From the NCBI RefSeq assembly GCF_009914755.1, contig NC_060933.1: 64,000 bases of DNA; one strand, given 5' to 3'. Of this stretch, positions 1-13,855 are shown piece by piece. The translations under genes and the position numbers were made by a program. The notes beneath the pieces were generated by a model that saw nothing but the letters and a program-made list of their open reading frames with translations, had not been told where the DNA came from and ran no database searches. Within the stretch, counting starts at the first letter, position 1. Each line of letters starts with the position of its first letter. The stretch comes from the human T2T-CHM13v2.0 reference genome, Homo sapiens.

Positions 1-443
1 ATTGATTCTATTCAACTCCCTTACTCTCCATTACATTCCATTCCATTCGGGTTGTTCCATTCCATTCCATTCCATTCCACTCTATTCCATTGCACTCGGG
101 TTGATTCCATTCCATTCCATTCCATTCCATTCCGGATGATTCCATTCCATTGCATTCCGTTCCATTACATTCCCCTGCACTCGCGTTGATTCCATTCCAT
201 TCCATTCAATTCCATTCCATTACAATTCGTTCCATTCCATTCTATTCCGTACCATTCCATTCCATTCCATACCATTCCTTTCCATTCCATTCCATTCCAT
301 TCCGTTCCATTCCGTTCCATTGCATTCCATTCCATTCTATTCGGGTTAATTCCATTCCATTCAATTCCATTCCATTCTATTCCATTCCATTGCAATCGAG
401 TTGAAACCATTGCATTTCATTCCATTCCATTCCATTCCATTCC

Positions 444-458
444 ATTCCGGAAGATTCC
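444..458. promoter_or_regulatory. Canonical heat-shock element nTTCnnGAAnnTTCn (ATTCCGGAAGATTCC); first of roughly 45-50 copies
   Basis: aTTCc-gGAAg-aTTCc read directly. Further copies start at about 1102, 2690, 5705, 6934, 8647, 9909, 10787, 12094, 12967, 14588 and continue to 62372 and 63775. Function is inferred from the motif only. Confidence 0.65.
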
Positions 459-635
459 ATTACATTGCATTCCATTCCATTCCATTCCCCTGCACTCGCA
501 TTGATTCCATTCCATTCCATTCCATTCCATTCCATTCCGTTCCGTTCCATTCCATTCCATTCCATTCCATTCCATTCCTTTCCGTTCCATTCCATTCCAT
601 TCCATTCTATTCGGGTTAATTCCATTCCATTCCAT

Positions 636-649
636 TCGATTGCAATCGA
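636..649. repeat. Recurrent perfect 14-bp palindrome TCGATTGCAATCGA (first of dozens)
   Basis: Self-reverse-complementary. Usually follows TATTCGGGTTAATT; recurs at about 1304, 5024, 5867, 7091, 8839, 9472, 10121 and onward. Confidence 0.95.
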
Positions 650-1809
650 GTTGATTCCATTCCATTCCATTCCATTCCATTCCATTCCATTCCATTCCTT
701 TCCATTCCATTACGGATGATTCCATTCCATTGCATTCCATTCCATTCCATTCCCCTGTACTCGGGTTGATTCCATTCCATTCCATTCCAATCCATGCCAT
801 TCCACTCGTGTTGATTCCCTTCTTTCCATTCCATTCAAGTTGAATCCATTACATTGCATTCCATTCCATTCCATTCCATTCCATTCCGGATGTTTCCATT
901 CCATTGCATTCCATTCCATTCCATTCCATTCCGTTCCATTCCATTCCATTACATTCGGATTGATTCTATTCAACTCCCTTAGTCTCCACTACATTCCATT
1001 CCATTCGGGTTGTTCCATTCCATTCCATTCCATTCCACCCCATTGCATTGCCCTCGGGTTTATTCCATACCATTCCATTCCATTCCATTCAATTCCATTC
1101 CATTCCGGAAGATTCCATTCCATTGCATTCCATTCCATTCCATTCCCCTGCACTCGCGTTGATTCCATTCCATTCCATTCCATTCCATTCCATTGCGTTC
1201 CGTTCCATTCCATTCCAATCCATTCCATTCCATTCCATTCCATTCCGATCCGTTCCATTCCATTCCATTCCATTCTATTCGGGTTAATTCCATTCCATTC
1301 CATTCGATTGCAATCGAGTTGATTCCATTCCATTCCATTCCATTCCATTCCATTCCGTTCCATTCCTTTCCATTCCATTACGGATGATTCCAATCCATTG
1401 CATTCCATTCCATTCCATTCCATTCCATTCCGTTCCATTCCTTTCCATTCCATTACGGATGATTCCATTCCATTGCATTCCATTCCATTCCATTCCCCTG
1501 TACTCGGGTTGATTCCATTCCATTCCATTCCAATCCATGCCATTCCACTCGTGTTGATTCCATTCTTTCCATTCCATTCAAGTTGAATCCATTCCATTGC
1601 ATTGCATTCCATTCCATTCCCCTGCAGTCGGGTTGATTCCATTCCATTCCATTCCATTCCATTCCATTCCATTCCAATCAAGTTGATTCCATTCCATTCC
1701 ATTCCATTGCATTCCATTCCATTCCACTCCATTCCAGTCCTTTCCATTCCATTCCACTCGGGTTGATTCCAATGTATTCCTTTCCATTCCATTCCATTCC
1801 ATTGCAATC

Positions 1810-4480
1810 GAGTTGATTCCATTGCTTTGCATTCCATTCCATTCGATTCCATTCCGGATGATTCCATTCCATTGCATTCCATTCCATTCCATTCCCCTGC
1901 ACTCGGGTTGATTCCATTCCATTCCACTCCATTCCATTCCATTCCATTCCATTCCATTGTATTCGGGTTAATTCCATTCCATTCCATTCCATTCCATTCC
2001 ATTCCATTCCATTCCATTACAATCTAGTTGATTCCATTCCATTCCATTCCATTCCAGTCCTTTCCATTCCATTCCACTCCGGTTGATTCCATTCTATTAG
2101 TTTCCATTCCATTCCATTCCCTTCCATTGTATTCGGGTTAATTCCATTCCATTCCATTCCATTCCATTCCATTACAAACGAGTTGATTCCATTCCATTCC
2201 ATTCCATTCCAGTCCTTTCCATTCCATTCCACTCGGGTTGATTCCATTCTATTAGTTTCCATTCCATTCCATTCCCTTCCATTCCACTCTGGTTGATTCC
2301 ATTCCTTTCCATTCCACTCGAATACATTCCCTCCTATTTCACTCGGAACGATTCCATTCCATTCCATTCCATTCCTTTCCATTCCATTCCATTTCGTTCC
2401 ATTCCATTCTATTCCGTATCATTCCATTCCATTCCATTCCATTCCATTCCATTCCATTCCATTGTACTCGGGTTGATTCCATTCCATTGCATTCCATTCC
2501 ATTCCATTCCATTCCATTCCATTCCATTCCGTTCCATTACATTCCATTCCATTCGGATTGAATCTATTCAACTCCCTTACTCTCCATTACATTCCATTCC
2601 ATTCGGGTTGTTCCATTCCATTCCATTCCATTCCACTCCATTCCATTGCACTCGGGTTGATTCCATTCCATTCCATTCCATTCCATTCCATTCCGGAAGA
2701 TTCCATTCCATTGCATTCCATTCCATTCCATTCCCCTGCACTCGCGTTGATTCCATTCCATTCCATTCTATTCCATTCCATTCCCTTCCTTTCCGTTCCA
2801 TTCCATTCCATTCCATTCCATTCCATTCCGTTCCGTTCCATTCCTTTCCATTCCATTACGGATGATTCCATTCCATTGCATTCCATTCCATTCCATTCCC
2901 CTGTACTCGGGTTGATTCCATTCCATTCCATTCCAATCCATGCCATTCCACTCGTGTTGATTCCATTCTTTCCATTCCATTCAAGTTGAATCCATTCCAT
3001 TGCATTCCATTCCATTCCATTCCCCTGCAGTCGTGTTGATTCCATTCCATTCCATTCCATTCCATTCCATTCCATTCCATTCCATTCCATTCCTTTCCAT
3101 TCCATTACGGATGATTCCATTCCATTTCATTCCATTCCATTCCATTCCCCTGTACTCGGGTTGATTCCATTCCATTCCATTCCAATCCAAGCCATTCCAC
3201 TCGTGTTGATTCCATTCTTTCCATTCCATTCAAGTTGAATCCATTCCATTGCATTCCATTCCATTCGATTCCATTCGATTGCACTCGGGTTGATTCCATG
3301 GCATTGCATTCCATTCCATTCCATTCCATTCCTTTCCATTCCATTCCATTCGGATTCATTCTATTCAATTCCCTCACACTCCATTACATTCCATTCGATT
3401 CGTGTAGTTTCCATTCCATTCCATTCCATTCCTCTCCATTCCATTGCACTCGGGTTGATTCCATTCCATTCCATTCCATTCCATTCCATTCCATTCCATT
3501 CCATTCCGGATGATTCCATTCCATTGAATTCCATTCCATTCCATTCCCCTGCACTTGGGTTGATTCCATTCCATGCCATTCCATTCCTTTCTGTTCCATT
3601 CAATTCCAATCCATTCCATTCTATTCGTGTTAATTCCATTCCATTCTATTCCATTCCATTCCATTCCATTGCAATCGAGATGATTCCATTATTTTGCATT
3701 CCATTCCATTCCATTCCATTCCGGATGGTTCCATTCCATTGCATTCCATTCCATTCCATTCCCCTGCACTCGGGTTGATTCCATTCCATTCCACTCCATT
3801 CCTTTCCATTCCATTCCATTCCATTCCATTACAATCGAGTTGATTCCATTCCATTCCATTCCAGTCCTTTCCATTCCATTCCACTCAGGTTGATTCCATT
3901 CTATTAGTTTCCATTCCATTCCATTCCCTTCCATTGTATTCGGGTTAATTCCATTCCATTCCATTCCATTCCATTCCATTCCATTCCATTTCATTCCATT
4001 ACAAACGAGTTGATTCCATTCCATTCTATTCCATTCCAGTCCTTTCCTTTCTATTCCACTCGGGTTGATTCCATTCTATTAGTTTCCAATCCATTCCATT
4101 CCCTTCCATTCCACTCTGGTTGATTCCATTCCTTTCCATTCCACTCGAATACATTCCCTCCTATTCCACTCGGAACGATTCCATTCCATTCCATTCCATT
4201 CCATTCCATTCCATTCCATTCCATTCCATTCCATTCCATTCCATTTCGTTCCATTCCATTCTATTCCGTATCATTCCATTCCATTCCATTCCATTCCATT
4301 GTACTCGGGTTGATTCCATTCCATTGCATTCCATTCCATTCCATTCCATTCCATTCCGTTGCATTCCATTCCATTACATTCGGATTGATTCTATTCAACT
4401 CCCTTACTCTCCATTACATTCCATTCCATTCGGGTTGTTCCATTCCATTCCATTCCATTCCACTCCATTCCATTGCACTC
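1810..4480 (+). repeat. Local duplication ~1810-2650 vs ~3670-4480 (offset ~1.83 kb)
   Basis: Both carry the variant TTACAAACGAG (2172, 3999) and the doubled CAGTCC..CTATTAGTTT segment joined by CCCTTCCATTGTATTCGGG. ORF-track twins 2293/4120. Confidence 0.75.
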
Positions 4481-7400
4481 GGGTTCATTCCATTCCATTC
4501 CATTCCATTCCATTCCATTCCGGATGATTCCATTCCATTGAATTCCGTTCCATTACATTCCCCTGCACTCTCGTTGATTCCATTCCATTCCATTCCATTC
4601 CATTCAATTCCATTCCATTACAATTCGTTCCATTCCATTCTATTCCGTACCATTCCATTCCATTCCATACCATTCCATTCCATTCCATTCCATTCCATTC
4701 CGTTTCATTCCGTTCCATTCCATTCTATTCCATTCTATTCGGATTAATTCCATTCCATTCCATTCCATTCCATTCTATTCCATTCCATTGCAATCGAGTT
4801 GAATCCATTGCATTTCATTCAATTCCATTCCATTCCATTCCATTCCGGAAGTTTCCATTCCATTGCATTCCATTCCATTCCATTCCCCTGCACTCGCGTT
4901 GATTCCATTCCATTCCATTCCATTCCATTCCGTTCCGTTCCATTCCATTCCATTCCATTCCATTCCTTTCCGTTCCATTCCATTCCATTCCATTCTATTC
5001 CGGTTAATTCCATTCCATTCCATTCGATTGCAATCGAGTTGATTCCATTCCATTCCATTCCATTCCATTCCATTCCATTCCTTTCCATTCCATTACGGAT
5101 GATTCCATTCCATTGCATTCCATTCCATTCCATTCCCCTGTACTCGGGTTGATTCCATTCCATTCCATTCCAATCCATGCCATTCCACTCGTGTTTATTC
5201 CATTCTTTCCATTCCTTTCAAGTTGAATCCATTCCATTGCATTGCATTCCATTCGATTCCATTCGATGGCACTCGGGTTGATTCCATTCCACTGCATTCC
5301 ATTCCATTCCATTCCATTCCATTCCATTCCGTTCCATTCCATTCCATTACATTCGGATTGATTCTATTCAATTCCCTTACACTCCATTACATTCCATTCC
5401 ATTTGGGTAGTTTCCATTTCATTCCATTCCATTCCTCTCCATTCCATTGCACTCGGGTTGATTCCATTCCATTGCATTCCATTCCATTCCATTCAATTCC
5501 ATTCCGTTCCATTCCATTCCATTACATTCGGATTGATTCTATTCAACTCCCTTAGTCTCCATTTTATTCCACTCCATTCCATTCGGGCTGTTCCATTCCA
5601 TTCCATTCCATTCCACTCCATTCCATTCCACTCCATTCCATTGCACTCGGGTTTATTCCATTCCATTCCATTCCATTCCATTCCATTCCATTCCATTCCA
5701 TTCTATTCCGGAAGATTCCATTCCATTGCATTCCATTCCATTCCATTCCATTCCATTCCTTTCCGTTCCATTCCATTCCATTCCATTCCATTCCATTCCG
5801 TTCCGTTCCGTTCCGTTCCATTCCATTCCATTCCATTCTATTCGGGTTAATTCCATTCCATTCCATTCGATTGCAATCGAGTTGATTCCATTCCATTCCA
5901 TTCCATTCCATTCCATTCCATTCCATTCCATTCCTTTCCATTCCATTACGGATGATTCCATTCCATTGCATTCCATTCCATTCCATTCCCCTCTACTCGG
6001 GTTGATTCCATTCCATTCCATTCCAATCCATGCCCTTCCACTCGTGTTGATTCCATTCTTTCCATTCCATTCAAGTTGAATCCATTCCATTGCATTCCAT
6101 TACATTCCATTCCCCTGCAGTCGGGTTGATTCCATTCCATTCCATTCCATTCCATTCCATTCCATTCCATTCCATTCCTATCGACTTGATTCCATTCCAT
6201 TCCATTCCATTCCATTCCACTCCATTCCAGTCGTTTCCATTACATTCCACTCGGGTTGATTCCAATGTATTCCTTTCCATTGCATTCCATTCCATTGCAA
6301 TCGAGTGGATTCCATTGCTTTGCATTCCATTCCATTCCATTCCATACCGGATTATTCCATTCCATTGCATTCCATTCCATTCCATTCCCCTGCACTCGGG
6401 TTGATTCCATTCCATTCCACTCCATTCCATTCCATTCCATTCCATTCCATTGTATTGGGGTTAATTCCATTCCATTCCATTCCATTCCATTCCATTCCAT
6501 TACAATCGAGTTGATACCATTCCATTCCATTCCATTCCAGTCCTTTCCATTCCATTCCACTCGGGTTGATTCCATTCTATTAGTTTCCATTCCATTCCAT
6601 TCCCTTCCATTCCACTCTGGTTGATTCCATTCCTTTCCATTCCACTCGAATACATTCCCTCCTATTACACTCGGAACGATTCCATTCCATTCCATTCCTT
6701 TCCATTCCATTCCATTCCATTCCATTTCGTTCCATTCCATTCTATTCCGCATCATTCCATTCCATTCCATTCCATTCCATTCCATTCCATTCCACTCGTG
6801 TTGATTCCATTTCTTTCCATTCCATTCGGTTTGAAGGCATTCCATTCCATTCCATTCCATTCCATTCCATTCCATTCCACTCCATTCCATTGTACTCGGG
6901 TTTATTCCATTCCATTCCATTCCATTCCATTCCATTCCGGAAGATTCCATTCCATTGCATTCCATTCCATTCCATTCCCCTGCACTCGCGTTGATTCCAT
7001 TCCATTCCATTCCATTCCATTCCGTTCCATTCTATTCCATTCCATTCCATTCCATTCCATTCTATTCGGGCTAATTCCATTCCATTCCATTCGATTGCAA
7101 TCGAGTTGATTCCATTCCATTCTATTCCATTCCATTCCATTCCTTTCCATTGCATTACGGATGATTCCATTCCATTGCATTCCATTCCATTCTATTCACC
7201 TGTACTCGGGTTGATTCCATTCCATTCCATTCCAATCCATGCCATTCCACTCGTGTTGATTGCATTCTTTCCATTCCATTCAAGTTGAATCCATTCCATT
7301 GCATTCCATTCCATTCCATTCCCCTGCAGTCGGGTTGATTCCATTCCATTCCATTCCATTCCATTCCATTCCATTCCATTCCGTTCCGTTCCATTCCATT

Positions 7401-8649
7401 CCATTCCATTCTATTCGGGTTAATTCTATTCCATTCCATTCCATTCCATTCCAATCGAGTTGATTCCATGCCATTCCATTCCTTTCCATTCCACTCCATT
7501 CCAGTCCTTTCCATTCCATTCCACTCGGGTTGATTCCAATGTATTCCTTTCCATTCCATTCCATTCCATTGCAATCGAGTTGATTCCATTGCTTTGCATT
7601 CCATTCCATTCCATTCTATTCCGGATGATTCCATTCCATTACATTCCATTCCATTCCATTCACCTGCACTCGGGTTGATTCCATTCCATTCCACTCCATT
7701 CCGTTCCATTCCATTCCATTCCATTGTATTCGGGTTAATTCTATTCCATTCCATTCCATTCCATTCCATTCCATTCCATTCCATTACAATCGAGTTGATT
7801 CCATTCCATTCCATTCCATTCCAGTCCTTTCCATTCCATTCCACTCGGGTTGATTCCATTCTATTAGTTTCCATTCCATTCCATTCCCTTCCATTCCACT
7901 CTGGTTGATACCATTCCTTTCCATTCCACTCGAATACATTCCCTCCTATTCCACTCGGAACGATTCCATTCCATTCCATTCCATTCCATTCCATTTCATT
8001 CCATTCCATTCCATTTCGTTCCATTCCATTCTATTCCGTATCATTCCATTCCATTCCATTCCATTCCATTCCATTCCATTCCATTCCATTGTACTCGGGT
8101 TGATTCAATTCCATTGCATTCGATTCCATTCCATTCCATTCCATTCCGTTGCATTCCATTCCATTACACTCGGATTGATTCTATTCAACTCCCTTACTCT
8201 CCATTACATTCCACTCCATTCGGGTTGTTCCATTCCATTCCATTCCATTCCACTCCATTCCTTTGCAGTCGGGGTGATTCCATTCCATTCCATTCCATTC
8301 CATTCCATTCCATTCCATTCCATTCCGGATGATTCCATTCCATTCCATTCCGTTCCATTACATTCCCCTGCACTCCCGTTGATTCCATTCCATTCCATTC
8401 CATTCCATTCATTTCCATTCCATTACAATTCGTTCCATTCCATTCTATTCCGTACCATTCCATTCCATTCCATACCATTCCATTCCATTCCATTCCATTC
8501 CATTCCGTTCCATTCCGTTCCATTCCATTCCATTCCATTCTATTCGGATTAATTCCATTCCATTCCATTCCATTCCATTCTATTCCATTCCATTGCAATC
8601 GAGTTGAATCCATTGCATTTCATTCCATTCCATTCCATTCCATTCCATT

Positions 8650-11600
8650 CCGGAAGATTCCATTCCATTGCATTCCATTCCATTCCATTCCCCTGCACTC
8701 GCTTTGATTCCATTCCATTCCATTCTATTCCATTCCATTCCCTTCCTTTCCGTTCCATTCCATTCCATTCCATTCCATTCCGTTCCGTTCCATTCCATTC
8801 CATTCCATTCTATTCGGGTTAATTCCATTCCATTCCATTCGATTGCAATCGAGTTGATTCCATTCCATTCCATTCCATTCCATTCCATTCCATTCCATTC
8901 CTTTCCATTCCATTACGGATGATTCCATTCCATTGCATTCCATTCCATTTCATTCCCCTGTACTCGGGTTGATTCCATTCCATTCCATTCCAATCCATGC
9001 CGTTCCACTCGTGTTGATTCCATTGTTTCCATTCCATTCAAGTTGAATCCATTCCATTGCATTCCATTCCATTCGATTCCATTCGATTGCACTCGGGTTG
9101 ATTCCATTCCATTGCATTCCTTTCCATTCCATTCCATTCCATTCCATTCCGTTCCATTCCATTCCATTACATTCGGATTGATTCTATTCAATTCCCTTAC
9201 ACTCCATTACATTCCATTCCATTCGGGTAGTTTCCATTCCATTCCATTCCATTCCTCTCCATTCCATTGAACTCAGGTTGATTCCATTCCATTGCATTCC
9301 ATTCCATTCCATTCAATTCCATTCCGTTCCATTCCATTCCATTACATTCGGATTGATTCTATTCAACTCCCTTACAATCCATTACATTCCATTCCATTCG
9401 GGTTGTTCCATTCCATTCCATTCCATTCCACTCCATTCCATTGCACTCGGGTTAATTCCATTCCATTCCATTCGATTGCAATCGAGTTGATTCCATTCCA
9501 TTCCATTCCATTCCATTCCATTCCATTCCATTCCTTTCCATTCCATTACGGATGATTCCATTCCATTGCATTCCATTCCATTCCATTCCTCTGTACTCGG
9601 GTTGATTCCATTCCATTCCATTCCAATCCATGCCATTCCACTCGTGTTGATTCCATTCTTTCCATTCCATTCAAGTTGAATCCATTCCATTGCATTCCAT
9701 TCCATTCCATTCCCCTGCAGTCGGGTTGTTTCCATTCCATTCCATTCCATTCCATTCCATTCCATTCCGTTCCATTCCGTTCCATTCCATTCCATTCCAT
9801 TCTATTCGGATTAATTCCATTCCATTCCATTCCATTCCATTCTATTCCATTCCATTGCAATCGAGTTGAATCCATTGCATTTCATTCCATTCCATTCCAT
9901 TCCATTCCATTCCGGAAGATTCCATTCCATTGCATTCCATTCCATTCCATTCCATTCCCCTGCACTCGCGTTGATTCCATTCCATTCCATTCCATTCCAT
10001 TCCATTCCATTCCGTTCCGTTCCGTTCCGTTCCATTCCATTCCATTCCATTCCATTCCATTCCGTTCCGTTCCATTCCATTCCATTCCATTCTATTCGGG
10101 TTAATTCCATTCCATTCCATTCGATTGCAATCGAGTTGATTCCATTCCATTCCATTCCATTCCATTCAATTCCATTCCATTCCATTCCATTCCTTTCCAT
10201 TCCATTACGGATGATTCCATTCCATTGCATTCCATTCCATTCCATTCCCCTGTACTCGGGTTGATTCCATTCCATTCCATTCCAATCCATGCTATTCCAC
10301 TCGTGTTGATTCCATTCTTTCCAATCCATTCAAGTTGAATCCATTCCATTGCATTCTATTCCATTCGATTCCATTCGATTGCACTCGGGTTGATTCCATT
10401 CCATTGCGTTCCATTACATTCCATTCCATTCGATTCCATTCCATTCCGTTCCATTCCATTCCATTACATTCGGATTGATTCTATTCAATTCCCTTACACT
10501 CCATTACATTCCATTCCATTTGGGTAGTTTCCATTCCATTCCATTCCATTCCTCTCCATTCCATTGCACTCGGGTTGATTCCATTCCATTGCATTCCATT
10601 CCATTCCATTCAATTCCATTCCGTTCCATTCCATTCCATTACATTCGGATTGATTCTATTCAACTCCCTTACTCTCCATTACATTCCATTCCATGCGGGT
10701 TGTTCCATTCCATTCCATTCCATTCCACTCCATTCCATTGCACTCGGGTTGATTCCATTCCATTCCATTCCATTCCATTCCATTCCATTCCGGAAGATTC
10801 CATTCCATTGCATTCCATTCCATTCCATTCCCCTGCACTCGCGTTGATTCCATTCCATTCCATTCTATTCCATTCCATTCCCTTCCTTTCCGTTCCATTC
10901 CATTCCATTCCATTCCATTCCGTTCCGTTCCATTCCATTCCATTCCATTCTATTCGGGTTAATTCCATTCCATTCCATTCGATTGCAATCGAGTTGATTC
11001 CATTCCATTCCATTCCATTCCATTCCATTCCATTCCATTCCTTTCCATTCCATTACGGATGATTCCATTCCATTGCATTCCATTCCATTTCATTCCCCTG
11101 TACTCGGGTTGATTCCATTCCATTCCATTCCAATCCATACCGTTCCACTCGTGTTGATTCCATTGTTTCCATTCCATTCAAGTTGAATCCATTCCATTGC
11201 ATTCCATTCCATTCGATTCCATTCGATTGCACTCGGGTTGATTCCATTCCATTGCATTCCATTCCATTCCATTCCATTCCATTCCATTCCGTTCCATTCC
11301 ATTCCATTACATTCGGATTGATTCTATTCAATTCCCTTACACTCCATTACATTCCATTCCATTCGGGTAGTTTCCATTCCATTCCATTCCATTCCTCTCC
11401 ATTCCATTGAACTCGGGTTGATTCCATTCCATTGCATTCCATTCCATTCCATTCAATTCCATTCCGTTCCATTCCATTCCATTACATTCGGATTGATTCT
11501 ATTCAACTCCCTTACAATCCATTACATTCCATTCCATTCGGGTTGTTCCATTCCATTCCATTCCATTCCACTCCATTCCATTGCACTCGGGTTAATTCCA

Positions 11601-13855
11601 TTCCATTCCATTCGATTGCAATCGAGTTGATTCCATTCCATTCCATTCCATTCCATTCCATTCCATTCCATTCCATTCCATTCCTTTCCATTCCATTACG
11701 GATGATTCCATTCCATTGCATTCCATTCCATTCCATTCCTCTGTACTCGGGTTGATTCCATTCCATTCCATTCCAATCCATGCCATTCCACTCGTGTTGA
11801 TTCCATTCTTTCCATTCCATTCAAGTTGAATCCATTCCATTGCATTCCATTCCATTCCATTCCCCTGCAGTCGGGTTGTTTCCATTCCATTCCATTCCAT
11901 TCCATTCCATTCCATTCCATTCCATTCCATTCCGTTCCGTTCCGTTCCGTTCCGTTCCGTTCCATTCCATTCCATTCCATTCTATTCGGATTAATTCCAT
12001 TCCATTCCATTCCATTCCATTCTATTCCATTCCATTGCAATCGAGTTGAATCCATTGCATTTCATTCCATTCCATTCCATTCCATTCCATTCCATTCCGG
12101 AAGATTCCATTCCATTGCATTCCATTCCATTCCATTCCCCTGCACTCGCGTTGATTCCATTCCATTCCATTCCATTCCATTCCATTCCATTCCGTTCCGT
12201 TCCGTTCCGTTCCATTCCATTCCATTCCATTCCATTCCATTCCGTTCCGTTCCATTCCATTCCATTCCATTCTATTCGGGTTAATTCCATTCCATTCCAT
12301 TCGATTGCAATCGAGTTGATTCCATTCCATTCCATTCCATTCCATTCAATTCCATTCCATTCCATTCCATTCCTTTCCATTCCATTACGGATGATTCCAT
12401 TCCATTGCATTCCATTCCATTCCATTCCCCTGTACTCGGGTTGATTCCATTCCATTCCATTCCAATCCATGCTATTCCACTCGTGTTGATTCCATTCTTT
12501 CCAATCCATTCAAGTTGAATCCATTCCATTGCATTCTATTCCATTCGATTCCATTCGATTGCACTCGGGTTGATTCCATTCCATTGCGTTCCATTACATT
12601 CCATTCCATTCGATTCCATTCCATTCCGTTCCATTCCATTCCATTACATTCGGATTGATTCTATTCAATTCCCTTACACTCCATTACATTCCATTCCATT
12701 TGGGTAGTTTCCATTCCATTCCATTCCATTCCTCTCCATTCCATTGCACTCGGGTTGATTCCATTCCATTGCATTCCATTCCATTCCATTCAATTCCATT
12801 CCGTTCCATTCCATTCCATTACATTCGGATTGATTCTATTCAACTCCCTTACTCTCCATTACATTCCATTCCATGCGGGTTGTTCCATTCCATTCCATTC
12901 CATTCCACTCCATTCCATTGCACTCGGGTTGATTCCATTCCATTCCATTCCATTCCATTCCATTCCATTCCGGAAGATTCCATTCCATTGCATTCCATTC
13001 CATTCCATTCCCCTGCACTCGCGTTGATTCCATTCCATTCCATTCTATTCCATTCCATTCCCTTCCTTTCCGTTCCATTCCATTCCATTCCATTCCATTC
13101 CGTTCCGTTCCATTCCATTCCATTCCATTCTATTCGGGTTAATTCCATTCCATTCCATTCGATTGCAATCGAGTTGATTCCATTCCATTCCATTCCATTC
13201 CATTCCATTCCATTCCATTCCATTCCTTTCCATTCCATTACGGATGATTCCATTCCATTGCATTCCATTCCATTTCATTCCCCTGTACTCGGGTTGATTC
13301 CATTCCATTCCATTCCAATCCATGCCGTTCCACTCGTGTTGATTCCATTGTTTCCATTCCATTCAAGTTGAATCCATTCCATTGCATTCCATTCCATTCG
13401 ATTCCATTCGATTGCACTCGGGTTGATTCCATTCCATTGCATTCCATTCCATTCCATTCCATTCCATTCCATTCCGTTCCATTCCATTCCATTACATTCG
13501 GATTGATTCTATTCAATTCCCTTAAACTCCATTACATTCCATTCCATTCGGGTAGTTTCCATTCCATTCCATTCCATTCCTCTCCATTCCATTGAACTCG
13601 GGTTGATTCCATTCCATTGCATTCCATTCCATTCCATTCAATTCCATTCCGTTCCATTCCATTCCATTACATTCGGATTGATTCTATTCAACTCCCTTAC
13701 AATCCATTACATTCCATTCCATTCGGGTTGTTCCATTCCATTCCATTCCATTCCACTCCATTCCATTGCACTCGGGTTAATTCCATTCCATTCCATTCGA
13801 TTGCAATCGAGTTGATTCCATTCCATTCCATTCCATTCCATTCCATTCCATTCCA
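8650..13855 (+). repeat. Tandem amplification of a ~2.14-2.19 kb unit (about 2.4 copies)
   Basis: Shared rare variants: CTTACAATCC (9371, 11511, 13696), CCATGCGGGT (10691, 12871), GCTATTCCAC (10291, 12471), ATTGAACTC (9266, 11406, 13591). Confidence 0.93.

Noticed and set aside
3255-3285. HSat2-like CATTCGATTCCATTCGAT motif
   Set aside because: Only a short recurrent landmark; the backbone and CAACCCGAGT decamer are HSat3.
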